DNA of 32,000 bases from Methanocaldococcus jannaschii DSM 2661 (GTDB taxonomy: Archaea; AGJL01; Methanococci; Methanococcales; Methanocaldococcaceae), in contig NC_000909.1 of NCBI RefSeq assembly GCF_000091665.1, positions 353,581 to 385,580 of the forward strand. The letters are read 5' to 3'. The position numbers were made by a program, and so were the translations under genes. Shown piece by piece: positions 9,143-18,166 of this stretch. The first letter of the stretch is position 1. Each line of letters opens with the position of its first letter. The notes beneath the pieces are model-generated. The model saw only the letters and a program-made list of their open reading frames with translations, had not been told where the DNA came from and made no database searches.

Positions 9143-9463
9143 TTAATCTTTCTTTAATTCGTCTAATCTCTTTTTAATTCTTGCTAATTCTTCTTCTAAC
9201 ATTCTTTTCTCTTCTTCTAATTCTTTTATAGTTTCTTCTAAGTATCTTCTTTCATCTACCTCTGCGTATCCTGGAACATAGCCTCTGTATAAATCCCATG
9301 CATGAACTAAAGCCCCAGTTTTCTCATCAACATAGAATGCATGTGGCCCTAAACCACATCTGCATGGCCCTACGTATCTGTATCTGCCTCCAACTGTGCT
9401 AACTGGGAAGTATCTCCAAAATCCTCTACCTCTGCCAAACCATCCTCTTCCCCATCCAAACAT
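9143..9463 (-). CDS. Arg/Gly/aromatic-rich N-terminus plus C-terminal coiled coil protein (DUF5320-like)
   Basis: 106-aa ORF with N-terminus MFGWGRGWFGRGRGFWRYF and C-terminal heptad-like EETIKELEEEKRMLEEELARIKKRLDELKK. A strong GAGGTGATAAT RBS precedes the ATG. The family call is from memory of the DUF5320 architecture. Confidence 0.65.
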   Translation of the reverse strand: MFGWGRGWFGRGRGFWRYFPVSTVGGRYRYVGPCRCGLGPHAFYVDEKTGALVHAWDLYRGYVPGYAEVDERRYLEETIKELEEEKRMLEEELARIKKRLDELKKD

Positions 9464-9503
9464 ATTATCACCTCATATTTTCTAATCATTTTTTTCTAAT
9501 AAT

Positions 9504-9515
9504 ACACATATGTGT
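9504..9515. promoter_or_regulatory. perfect 12-bp palindrome ACACATATGTGT next to a TATA-like box in a divergent promoter region
   Basis: On the minus strand the order is TTTATATTTTT (TATA), then ACACATATGTGT, then ~35 nt, then SD and ATG (9463). The palindrome therefore sits between the TATA and the expected TSS of the RG-rich operon. Confidence 0.4.
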
Positions 9516-9641
9516 AAAAATATAAAAACTTTTCGGTTTTGTGCATTATAGTGTCATATACATACACAAATAACTATATAAAGAATAAATGACAATTTTA
9601 AATTAGGTTTAATGTTTTAAACAATTTATTAGAGGGGTATT

Positions 9642-10505
9642 ATGAATAAAATTAGGTATCCAGCAGTTGCAGGATTATTTTATCCTTCACATCCTGATGA
9701 ACTCATAGATATGATTGAGCAGTGCTATTTACACAAATTTGGACCAAAGTCAATGCCAGTTCATGGAACTTATGAAAAACCTATAGGTTTGCTCTGTCCT
9801 CATGCTGGCTATGTTTATTCAGGACCTATACAAGCCCACTCTTATTATGAGTTATCAAAGAGAGTTGATGCCCTTGAAGAAACAACTGTTGTTATTTTAG
9901 GGCCCAATCATACTGGGTTAGGTTCAGGAGTTAGTGTAATGGACGGAATTTGGAGAACTCCTTTGGGAGATGTGAAGTGTGATGAAGAATTTGTTGAGGA
10001 GCTTTGGAGGAAATGTGAGATAGTTGATTTAGATGAAACTGCCCATCTAAATGAACATTCTATTGAGGTCCAATTACCATTCTTAAAGCATTTAGAGCTG
10101 TTAAATATTGCTAAATTTAAAATAGTCCCAATATGTATGATGTTTCAAGATTATGAGACAGCTGTAGAAGTTGGTTATTTCATAGCTAAAATTGCTAAGG
10201 AATTGAACAGAAGAATTGTTGTAATTGCTTCCTCCGATTTAACTCACTATGAACCACAGGAAATTGCTTCAAAAAAGGATGCAATTGTTATTAAAGATAT
10301 TTTAGAGATGAATGAAAAAGAATTGTATGAGGATGTTGTAAATTACAACATCTCAATGTGCGGATATGGGCCAGTAATAGCTATGTTAAAAGCCATGAAG
10401 ACCTTAGGAGCTGAAAAAGCTAAATTATTGGCTTATGCGACATCTGGAGATATAACTGGAGATTATTCAGCAGTTGTTGGTTACGCATCAGCAATTGTTG
10501 AGTAA
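9642..10505 (+). CDS. MEMO1-family protein (AmmeMemoRadiSam system protein B)
   Basis: 287-aa ORF with typical Memo/UPF0103 motifs ([37 protein letters not shown]). Confidence 0.88.
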   Translation: MNKIRYPAVAGLFYPSHPDELIDMIEQCYLHKFGPKSMPVHGTYEKPIGLLCPHAGYVYSGPIQAHSYYELSKRVDALEETTVVILGPNHTGLGSGVSVMDGIWRTPLGDVKCDEEFVEELWRKCEIVDLDETAHLNEHSIEVQLPFLKHLELLNIAKFKIVPICMMFQDYETAVEVGYFIAKIAKELNRRIVVIASSDLTHYEPQEIASKKDAIVIKDILEMNEKELYEDVVNYNISMCGYGPVIAMLKAMKTLGAEKAKLLAYATSGDITGDYSAVVGYASAIVE

Positions 10506-10546
10506 ATTTCTATAAAATAAAAAAATAATAAATTTATTTATTATTT

Positions 10547-10753
10547 TTAAATCTTCCCTTCTAAAACAAGCTTTGCAAATGTTTCAAAACTCCTGTCATA
10601 AGTTTTTTCTACATCATCTGGAAAACAGCATGCTGGCAACTGTCTATTTTTTAAATGGTAATGTAAGCATTCACAACACATTCCTTTTTTAGAACAAGCT
10701 GGGTAACTACAGTTGCATCTTTTTAAGTTGATTTCTTTATTTGGACATTCCAT
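10547..10753 (-). CDS. small cysteine-rich protein (9 Cys in the first 43 residues)
   Basis: 68-aa [47 protein letters not shown]..., with GGTGAT 3 nt upstream of the ATG. It resembles a conserved Cys-rich DUF seen in anaerobes; that family memory is unverified. Confidence 0.6.
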   Translation of the reverse strand: MECPNKEINLKRCNCSYPACSKKGMCCECLHYHLKNRQLPACCFPDDVEKTYDRSFETFAKLVLEGKI

Positions 10754-10768
10754 CTTATCACCAAATTT

Positions 10769-11221
10769 TTAATTTTCTTGATTTTCTTCTAAGCTCTTTA
10801 AGAAGTTTGCTATCTTATTAACTAAAATTTCCGCCTCTTCTTCATTTGTTGGATATTTAACTCTTAATATTGGGATATTTTTCCTTCTAACTAAATATAG
10901 AGTTAGTTCATTTGTTCTTTGGCAGCCAATACATCCAAAGGCTATTGGTGCATCATCCATTATTATCGCTGCCTCTGCCTCTTCAATTAATGGCCCAATT
11001 AAAGCCATCCTTCCTCTAACACCAGAAGGAACTTCCACAGCCGCATACTTCAAACCTTTCTTAGGCTCTTCGTCTGTTATATTCATTGGTGGGCTGTCTA
11101 TTTCAGGATTTCTGACTAATTTTCCTATAACTATATTCAAGTTTAAAGGCTTGTGTCCAAATCTCTCAACCAAATCTGTTAGAATTAAGCTATTTGGTGG
11201 GTATATGAATATTTTTTTCAT
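10769..11221 (-). CDS. conserved methanogen protein, possibly methanogenesis marker protein 5 family
   Basis: 150-aa ORF with GGTGAT 3 nt upstream of the ATG and the [11 protein letters not shown] motif. The size, and adjacency to a ~130-aa partner, fit my recollection of the Mmp5/Mmp6 (DUF2112/DUF2111) pair. Not verified. Confidence 0.45.
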   Translation of the reverse strand: MKKIFIYPPNSLILTDLVERFGHKPLNLNIVIGKLVRNPEIDSPPMNITDEEPKKGLKYAAVEVPSGVRGRMALIGPLIEEAEAAIIMDDAPIAFGCIGCQRTNELTLYLVRRKNIPILRVKYPTNEEEAEILVNKIANFLKSLEENQEN

Positions 11222-11269
11222 TCTATCACCTTAAAAGTTTATTTTACAAGCATAAAAGGGATATAATTA

Positions 11270-11308
11270 TTATTTTGGAAATGCATCTTCTGGTAAAAAC
11301 TTATACAA
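11270..11308 (-). repeat. non-coding relic copy of the last 12 codons plus stop of the gene ending at 11416
   Basis: 11270-11308 aligns with 11416-11454 at a 146-nt offset, with 36/39 identical including a 30-nt perfect run. The three differences (11300, 11303, 11306) all fall on third codon positions and are synonymous (LYKFLPEDAFPK* in both). An in-frame TGA lies 11 codons upstream of the homology and there is no in-frame ATG between it and the relic stop. Confidence 0.8.
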
Positions 11309-11415
11309 GCATAGGAGGATACCTCCTATTGCTATACCACACGTCCATCAAGTTGGGGCTTTTCAGCCCCAATTAATGTCCAATATTTTTGCGAAGTATT
11401 AATAATTAACATTTT

Positions 11416-11802
11416 TTATTTTGGAAATGCATCTTCTGGTAAAAATTTGTATAATTCAGGTCTTCTTGAAATAGCCACAATATCTTCAAATATTCCAGCT
11501 GTTATATCAACTACACCAATAGCTCCTAAAACATTATCTCCATCTTTTATTGGAGCCACTATAACAGGAAGTCCTGCATAAGGGCCTATAATAGGTGTAG
11601 CTCTAACAACTTCACCTTTTTCAATAGCTACTTTTAAAACATAACCTTCGTAATTCGTATCTACAACCTCCCCTTTTTCCAACCTAACTCCAGGCTTGTT
11701 TTTGCTTCTCATAGCAACAGGGAGTTTATTAACCAATATATGGACAGCCTGAGCAATAGGCATTAATTCCTTTGCTTCAGAATTTTCAGATATGGTTATC
11801 AT
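11416..11802 (-). CDS. conserved methanogen protein, possibly methanogenesis marker protein 6 family (DUF2111-like)
   Basis: The ORF-track start at 11811 is the GTG of the SD GGTGA. The ATG at 11802 lies 5 nt after that SD, giving 128 aa (MITISENSEAKEL...). The family call is from memory only. Confidence 0.45.
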   Translation of the reverse strand: MITISENSEAKELMPIAQAVHILVNKLPVAMRSKNKPGVRLEKGEVVDTNYEGYVLKVAIEKGEVVRATPIIGPYAGLPVIVAPIKDGDNVLGAIGVVDITAGIFEDIVAISRRPELYKFLPEDAFPK

Positions 11803-11965
11803 AATTTTCACCTAAAAATCTTTAAGTAGTAGTTCAATAATTTTAACTTTAAAGTTACTCTATATAAACAATTTTTGCTAATCTACTATATAAAGGGTTC
11901 AAACAGTTATTGTTCTAATACTTAATGTTCAATTTATTCAAATCATTAAGTTATTCTTAAAAATT

Positions 11966-12874
11966 TTGGGTGGTAAAATGGAGAAGATTACATGTGTAGG
12001 GCATACTGCCCTTGATTATATCTTCAATGTAGAAAAATTTCCAGAACCGAATACTTCAATTCAAATTCCTTCGGCGAGAAAGTATTATGGTGGAGCAGCG
12101 GCAAATACAGCAGTGGGAATAAAAAAACTTGGTGTTAATTCAGAGCTTTTATCATGTGTTGGCTATGATTTTAAAAATAGTGGATATGAGAGGTATTTAA
12201 AGAATTTGGATATAAATATTTCTAAACTTTACTATTCTGAAGAAGAAGAAACACCAAAGGCATGGATATTTACAGACAAGGATAACAATCAGATAACTTT
12301 CTTTTTATGGGGAGCTGCTAAGCATTATAAGGAACTAAACCCACCAAACTTCAATACAGAAATTGTCCATATAGCCACTGGAGACCCAGAGTTCAACTTA
12401 AAATGTGCAAAAAAAGCTTATGGAAACAATTTGGTCTCTTTCGACCCCGGACAGGACTTACCTCAATACTCAAAAGAAATGTTGTTGGAAATTATTGAGC
12501 ATACAAACTTTTTATTTATGAATAAACATGAATTTGAGAGAGCATCTAATTTATTAAATTTTGAAATTGATGATTATTTAGAGAGGGTTGATGCCCTTAT
12601 AGTAACAAAAGGTTCTAAGGGTAGTGTAATATACACTAAAGATAAAAAAATAGAAATTCCTTGTATTAAAGCAGGGAAAGTTATAGACCCAACAGGTGCT
12701 GGAGACAGCTATAGAGCTGGATTTTTATCTGCCTATGTCAAAGGGTATGATTTAGAGAAATGTGGTTTAATTGGTGCTGCAACTGCCTCATTTGTTGTTG
12801 AGGCAAAGGGATGCCAAACTAATTTACCAACATGGGATAAGGTTGTTGAGAGATTAGAAAAACACCGAATATAA
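11966..12874 (+). CDS. ribokinase/PfkB-family nucleoside kinase (MjNK)
   Basis: PfkB signatures are GGAAANTAVG near the N-terminus and DPTGAGDSYRAGF near the C-terminus. The track start at 11966 is TTG. An ATG at 11978 (MEKITCVGH...) follows GGGTGG and may be the real start. Confidence 0.9.
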   Translation: MGGKMEKITCVGHTALDYIFNVEKFPEPNTSIQIPSARKYYGGAAANTAVGIKKLGVNSELLSCVGYDFKNSGYERYLKNLDINISKLYYSEEEETPKAWIFTDKDNNQITFFLWGAAKHYKELNPPNFNTEIVHIATGDPEFNLKCAKKAYGNNLVSFDPGQDLPQYSKEMLLEIIEHTNFLFMNKHEFERASNLLNFEIDDYLERVDALIVTKGSKGSVIYTKDKKIEIPCIKAGKVIDPTGAGDSYRAGFLSAYVKGYDLEKCGLIGAATASFVVEAKGCQTNLPTWDKVVERLEKHRI

Positions 12875-12892
12875 AATATAATTTTTTGAGGG

Positions 12893-13816
12893 ATGTCTAT
12901 GGATATAGTAGAAAGAATAAACAAATTAAAAGAAGAAAAAAATGCAGTAATATTGGCTCACAATTATCAACCAAAGGAGATACAGAAAATAGCTGATTTT
13001 CTTGGAGATTCATTAGAGTTGTGTATAAAGGCAAAAGAAACAGATGCTGACATAATAGTATTTTGTGGAGTAGATTTTATGGGAGAGTCAGCAAAAATTT
13101 TGAATCCAGAGAAAAAAGTTTTGATGCCAGAGATTGAAGGAACCCAATGCCCAATGGCTCACCAACTACCCCCAGAGATTATAAAGAAGTATAGAGAGCT
13201 TTATCCAGAGGCTCCATTGGTTGTTTATGTGAATACAACAGCAGAGACAAAAGCATTAGCTGATATTACATGCACATCAGCAAATGCAGATAGAGTAGTT
13301 AATTCCTTGGATGCTGATACAGTTTTATTTGGTCCGGATAACAACTTAGCTTATTATGTGCAAAAAAGAACTGATAAAAAAGTTATAGCTATTCCTGAAG
13401 GGGGAGGTTGTTATGTGCATAAAAAATTCACAATAGATGATTTAAAGAGAGTTAAAAGCAAATATCCAAATGCTAAAGTTTTAATTCATCCAGAATGTAG
13501 TCCAGAATTGCAAGATAATGCTGATTACATAGCAAGCACAAGTGGAATATTGAGGATTGTTTTAGAGTCAGATGATGAAGAGTTTATAATTGGCACTGAA
13601 GTTGGAATGATAAATAGATTGGAGATAGAGCTTGAAAAATTGGGTAAAAAGAAAACCTTAATTCCATTGAGGAAAGATGCTATTTGCCACGAGATGAAAA
13701 GAATAACATTGGAGAAGATAGAAAAATGTTTATTAGAGGAGAGATATGAAATTAAATTAGAGAAAGAGATTATTGAAAAAGCTCAAAAAGCTATTGAAAG
13801 AATGCTTAGAATTTAG
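12893..13816 (+). CDS. nadA: quinolinate synthase NadA
   Basis: 307-aa ORF with NadA motifs (ILAHNYQ, FCGVDFMGESAK, the TCTSANA region, HPEC). An alternative ATG lies at 12899, 6 nt after GAGGGA. Confidence 0.93.
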   Translation: MSMDIVERINKLKEEKNAVILAHNYQPKEIQKIADFLGDSLELCIKAKETDADIIVFCGVDFMGESAKILNPEKKVLMPEIEGTQCPMAHQLPPEIIKKYRELYPEAPLVVYVNTTAETKALADITCTSANADRVVNSLDADTVLFGPDNNLAYYVQKRTDKKVIAIPEGGGCYVHKKFTIDDLKRVKSKYPNAKVLIHPECSPELQDNADYIASTSGILRIVLESDDEEFIIGTEVGMINRLEIELEKLGKKKTLIPLRKDAICHEMKRITLEKIEKCLLEERYEIKLEKEIIEKAQKAIERMLRI

Positions 13817-13920
13817 TGTCTTTCAAAAAATAAAAATTTATTAATGAACTTTTGAACGCCTTCCAAAGGAAGACGTTCGTTAGTGCAAATGGTTATCCAA
13901 GAAGTTTTGAAAGACACTAA
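13813..13920. mobile_element. 108-bp palindromic repetitive element (MITE/MJRE-like), copy A
   Basis: Perfect 16-bp terminal inverted repeats TTAGTGTCTTTCAAAA (13813-13828) and TTTTGAAAGACACTAA (13905-13920). The central GC-rich hairpin at 13854-13878 has an 11-bp stem with one C/A mismatch and an AAA loop. A diverged second copy lies at 25912-26033. Confidence 0.7.
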
Positions 13921-13934
13921 TAAATAGTGATATT

Positions 13935-14300
13935 ATGAGAGTAGAAGAAACAGAAGTTTTTAAAAAATATTTTAAAAATCTAACGGATAGAGAGAGGGCA
14001 GTGTTTGAAGGGGGGATTACCTTAGGAGCTTTATTTCACCAATTTGTAGGCACTCCAGTAAGTAAATACAATAAGGAATCTTTAGAAAGAGCTATAGAGG
14101 AAGCTATGAAAAATCAGCCATGTGTATATGATATAAAGGTAAAAATTAGAAATGTTGGGGAAAAATATGTCTCTTTAGATGGAAAGATGTTAGATGTCGA
14201 TTTAAAAATTAAAATAAATAAAACAGTTGCTCATTTAAAACTTGAATATATCCCAGAAATTGACTATCCTCTAATGTATGTCAAAAAGTTTGAGGAATAA
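13935..14300 (+). CDS. mptD: archaeal-type dihydroneopterin aldolase MptD
   Basis: 121-aa ORF with a GTGAT RBS. I recognise the sequence (ERAVFEGGITLGALFHQF...) as the M. jannaschii MptD/DUF381 family enzyme of methanopterin biosynthesis, from memory. Confidence 0.7.
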   Translation: MRVEETEVFKKYFKNLTDRERAVFEGGITLGALFHQFVGTPVSKYNKESLERAIEEAMKNQPCVYDIKVKIRNVGEKYVSLDGKMLDVDLKIKINKTVAHLKLEYIPEIDYPLMYVKKFEE

Positions 14301-14362
14301 ATATTTATTTTAAAGACTTAATAATTATCTTATATTAGATAAAGGATATTGAGGTGGAGTAA

Positions 14363-16474
14363 ATGAAAAAACTTATTTTCGTAGTTTTGTTACTTGCAGT
14401 AATTAGCTATACTTACCCCTCAAATTTAGATTATAAATATACAAGCTCAATTCCAATAGAATTTGTTAAACTATCTGAAATTAAGAATGTTGATGAACTC
14501 AATAGATTGTTAAACTCCAATGCTTTAGTTATCTTCTGTCTTGATAGTAATAACATAAATAAAGATATCTTATACCATCTTGGAATAAAAAGATATAACC
14601 CATCAGAAATCCCTGATTATGGAAATTATTCTTATGTTAGTATAAACGGGGTTATTGTAGTTTATCCAAAGTATAGTGTTTATGAGGAAAATGGAGCTTT
14701 AATATATAACCCACCAAAGGAAGAAAACTATAGTAAATATGAGTTTGTAAGACCATATAAAATTAAGGTTCCAAATGTTTCAAAAATTCCTGACTATGGT
14801 GGATATGTATTAATAGAAAACTCAACCTTTATTCTCTATCCAAAAAAATACATCATTAGAGGAGATGAAGGGGGAATATACTATATTCCTCCAAAAAACA
14901 GTTCTGATAACTATTATTATAAATACTCTTACAACCTTCCAGAAAAATGCATCCCCGATTATTACGATTATGTGTTTATTGATAATAACGGCATTTTCAT
15001 AATATATCCAAAAAAGTATGTTGTTAGGAGTAATGATGGGGTTTTAGTATTTAGCCCTCCAGTGGATGCTAAAGAAGCCCCAATTTATAAAATTGATTAT
15101 AAGAAAATAGATGAGGGTGTCTATGAAATTAAAAAGAATAAGCTTCTCTTTCTGTATCCTACAACTCTAAACAACAAATCAACTCTTGATATTATTGGAG
15201 AATATATAGCCAAAAATGGAGGGGTTTTTGCATACATAAACAAAGTTCCACCGTATTATAAGCATATGCTTGCTACGGGGGTAGCTATAGATAAAGTAAT
15301 TCCAGATGAAAGTGGAAGTTATGCTATAGATGTTGCAGGAAGGAAGATTAAAGTTGATGTGTTGGATGATGAGATAATAAACAATAAATTAAAATGTATA
15401 AAAGCATTAAAAGCTTTAGGAATAAATGTAAGTTACATAGTGACTGGTAGTGAAGGTATTGATATTGTTGAAAAATCTAATGTAGATACAGATGAACTTG
15501 AGGATTTATACAATTATTATTGGTTTAAAAAATGGTGGCAGAATTATACTCATCTCTACTTCAATCCTTCACAATTAAAAAATATTGAATTTAATGGTTT
15601 TGAAGACATATTGGCTTTAAGCTATTATCCTCTAATTTATGTGGATAAAGCACCAGAAACATTTAGAAATGACCCTATTGGCGGTTATTATCCAAAGGTT
15701 ATAAGTTATAAAGGAACAAAAAATTATGGATATTGGGAAGAAGGGGCTAAAAGTGAAAATGTTTATTATCATTTAGATGAAGGCGAGCCATATTGGGATG
15801 GAAAAGCTAATGAGCCATCGAAATGGTATTATGAAGGGCAGCCAGTTTCAATGGAAAATGATAGTGAAATGTGGAATAGATATGAATATTTCAATCACTG
15901 GTTTGTTAAAAATTATGCTTATGCATTAGCAAATGGCTGTGATGGCTTATTCTTAGAAAGTTCAGACAAAAACTTAATAGATGCAATTTTTGGAAATGAT
16001 AATGAAAACCTAAGTTGGAAATTAGATATAAAAAATAAAGTTGATTATGTGGTAATTCCAGGAAACAAAGGATTTGAAGTTATTAATGGAATCCCTGTCA
16101 TCAGAATTCCATCTCCTTTAAAAGAAGTTTATGGAGCAAATGTTATTAATACTCTCTATATTCCACCAAAAGATGAAGACTTCGGAATCTATATTTCAGA
16201 TATTAGAAACTATAATACAAACTTGGTTGTTGAATTAAAAGAGAATGGAACTGATATAGTGTCATTCAAAGACTTAGCTGATTGGCTTAATAAGTATTAT
16301 AGAAACAATATCTTCTATAATGGAACTGCTATAAAGATATGGGACAACAGAGGGATAAAAATCACCATCTTTAAAAAGAACTTTGGTATGGGTAACTATA
16401 CCTTTGAGGAGTTTGATAAAGAACATTGTAAATATGTGATAGTAAATCCACCTAAAATAATTCCACTTAAATAA
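14363..16474 (+). CDS. large secreted or cell-surface protein of unknown function with three N-terminal tandem repeats
   Basis: 703-aa ORF with a GAGGTGGAG RBS, an N-terminal signal-like hydrophobic segment ([16 protein letters not shown]) and many N-x-S/T sequons. It is rich in Tyr/Trp/Asn. No catalytic family recognised. Confidence 0.7.
14609..15097 (+). repeat. three tandem ~55-aa coding repeats inside the 703-aa ORF
   Basis: The units start [22 protein letters not shown]..., [22 protein letters not shown]... and [23 protein letters not shown]... Each continues with ...G(A/G/V)L/I(I/Y/V)Y/F(N/I/S)PP. A weaker fourth unit ([18 protein letters not shown]) follows. Confidence 0.8.
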
Positions 16475-16490
16475 AATTTTTGGTGATATT

Positions 16491-17285
16491 ATGAAAATAG
16501 GATTTTACAATATTCAGGGAGGTACTGGAAAAACTACTGTTGCTGCAAATTTTGCATACATACTTAGTCAGTCAGTAAAAACAATATTGATTGATTGTGA
16601 TATATATGGAGGAACGACTGCAGTGTTATTTGGTCTTGAAGATAAGGAACATAACCTAAATACTTACCTTGCAGGGGATTCTGCAATTGAGGATATAATA
16701 TATCATTATGATGATTTGGCTATTATCCATACTGACGTCTCTTCTAAGGTTTTTGGATATAAATCTGACTTAAATAGATTTGAAACCTTAGTCAAAGAAT
16801 TAGAAGAAGAATACGATGTCATAATTTATGATTTTCCACCAAACATTACTGAAGACAACCCATTGATAGGTTATGTTGGTGAGTTTGAACTCGTCAATAA
16901 GGTAGTTGTAGTTGGTGAGGATAGTATCCCATCAATTGTAAATTCCCTGAAAACTATAGAACTTATAACAGATTTGGGTATAGGACTTACAGGGATAATT
17001 GTGAATAAATATAGAGGGCTTACCGATATTAGTGAGATAATAGATGATGTTATTGGAGTTCTACCCTACGACCAAAATGTAGAAAGGCAGTGGGTAGAAA
17101 GCACACCAATAGTAAAAATTAAAACAAAATTCACAAAGGAGATGACTGCATTAGCTAATGAAATCGCGAGTATCTATTTAGAGAAGGATTTAGCATCATT
17201 AAGAGCCTTAAGATTAGCAAAAGCTATTTCAGAACTAACTGAAGTAGAAAAATCTGAAAAGGACTTTGAAGATTATTTAGAATAA
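16491..17285 (+). CDS. ParA/MinD-superfamily P-loop ATPase (orphan)
   Basis: Walker A is IQGGTGKTT, lacking the usual signature Lys of KGGxGKT. It also has an IDCDIYGG switch region and a Walker [15 protein letters not shown] lies 3 nt upstream of the ATG, and the gene starts 16 nt after the 703-aa ORF. Confidence 0.8.
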   Translation: MKIGFYNIQGGTGKTTVAANFAYILSQSVKTILIDCDIYGGTTAVLFGLEDKEHNLNTYLAGDSAIEDIIYHYDDLAIIHTDVSSKVFGYKSDLNRFETLVKELEEEYDVIIYDFPPNITEDNPLIGYVGEFELVNKVVVVGEDSIPSIVNSLKTIELITDLGIGLTGIIVNKYRGLTDISEIIDDVIGVLPYDQNVERQWVESTPIVKIKTKFTKEMTALANEIASIYLEKDLASLRALRLAKAISELTEVEKSEKDFEDYLE

Positions 17286-17326
17286 GAAATATAATAAAAA
17301 GTAAGTATAATAAAAATAGGGATAGG

Positions 17327-18145
17327 ATGCTAACAAAGAGAATTATTCCATGCTTAGATATTAAAGACGGAAGAGTTGTTAAAGGAACTAAGTTTTTGAA
17401 TTTGAGGGATGCTGGAGACCCAGTTGAGTTAGCCCAATACTATGATGATGAAGGAGCTGATGAGCTTGTATTTTTAGATATAACCGCCTCAGCTGAAAAG
17501 AGGGACATAATTATTGATGTTGTAGAGAGAACAGCTGAAAAAGTATTTATCCCATTAACTGTTGGTGGAGGAATTAAGTCAATTGAAGATTTTAGGAGAA
17601 TACTGAGAGCCGGGGCTGATAAAGTTTCGATAAACACTGCCGCAGTAAAAAATCCAAATTTAATTAAAGAGGCAAGTGAGATATTTGGCTCTCAATGTGT
17701 TGTTGTTGCAATTGATGCTAAAAGACACTATGTTAATGAAGATGAGATAGATAAGATAAATAAAAATGTCGTTAAAGTAGAGGATGGTTATTGCTGGTTT
17801 GAAGTTTATATATACGGAGGGAGAAAAGAAACAGGTATAGATGCCATAAACTGGGCTAAAAAAGTTGAAGAATTGGGAGCTGGAGAGATTTTATTGACAA
17901 GTATTGATAAAGATGGGACAAAAAGTGGCTATGATTTGATATTGACAAAGGAGATTTCTAAAAGTGTTAAACTCCCTGTTATTGCAAGTGGAGGTTGTGG
18001 AAAACCAGAACATGTTTATGAGGCATTTGTTTATGGAAAGGCAGATGCCGCATTAATGGCAGGGATATTGCACTATAGAGAATATACAATAGAAGAGATA
18101 AAAAAATACTGTGCTGATAGAGGAATACCTATGAGATTATTATAA
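17327..18145 (+). CDS. hisF: imidazole glycerol phosphate synthase cyclase subunit HisF
   Basis: Canonical HisF sequence ([48 protein letters not shown]). It carries a ~20-aa insertion ([23 protein letters not shown]) relative to bacterial HisF as I remember it. Confidence 0.95.
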   Translation: MLTKRIIPCLDIKDGRVVKGTKFLNLRDAGDPVELAQYYDDEGADELVFLDITASAEKRDIIIDVVERTAEKVFIPLTVGGGIKSIEDFRRILRAGADKVSINTAAVKNPNLIKEASEIFGSQCVVVAIDAKRHYVNEDEIDKINKNVVKVEDGYCWFEVYIYGGRKETGIDAINWAKKVEELGAGEILLTSIDKDGTKSGYDLILTKEISKSVKLPVIASGGCGKPEHVYEAFVYGKADAALMAGILHYREYTIEEIKKYCADRGIPMRLL

Positions 18146-18166
18146 ACTTATAAACCTTTTTTATTT

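Noticed and set aside
10547-10600. TIR-like string (GCTTTGCAAATGTTTCAAAA) at the 3' end of the Cys-rich gene as a third copy of the palindromic element
   Set aside because: Only a short AT-rich resemblance to the TIR is present. There is no GC-rich central hairpin and no matching opposite arm nearby.
11340-11375. Possible C/D-box sRNA (TTGATGGA and CTGA on the minus strand)
   Set aside because: The C-box is imperfect (UGAUGG). The only CUGA lies 5' of it rather than ~50-60 nt 3'. No C'/D' pair or terminal stem is present. Other near-C-box strings at 22928-22945 and 28215-28235 also lack a D box.
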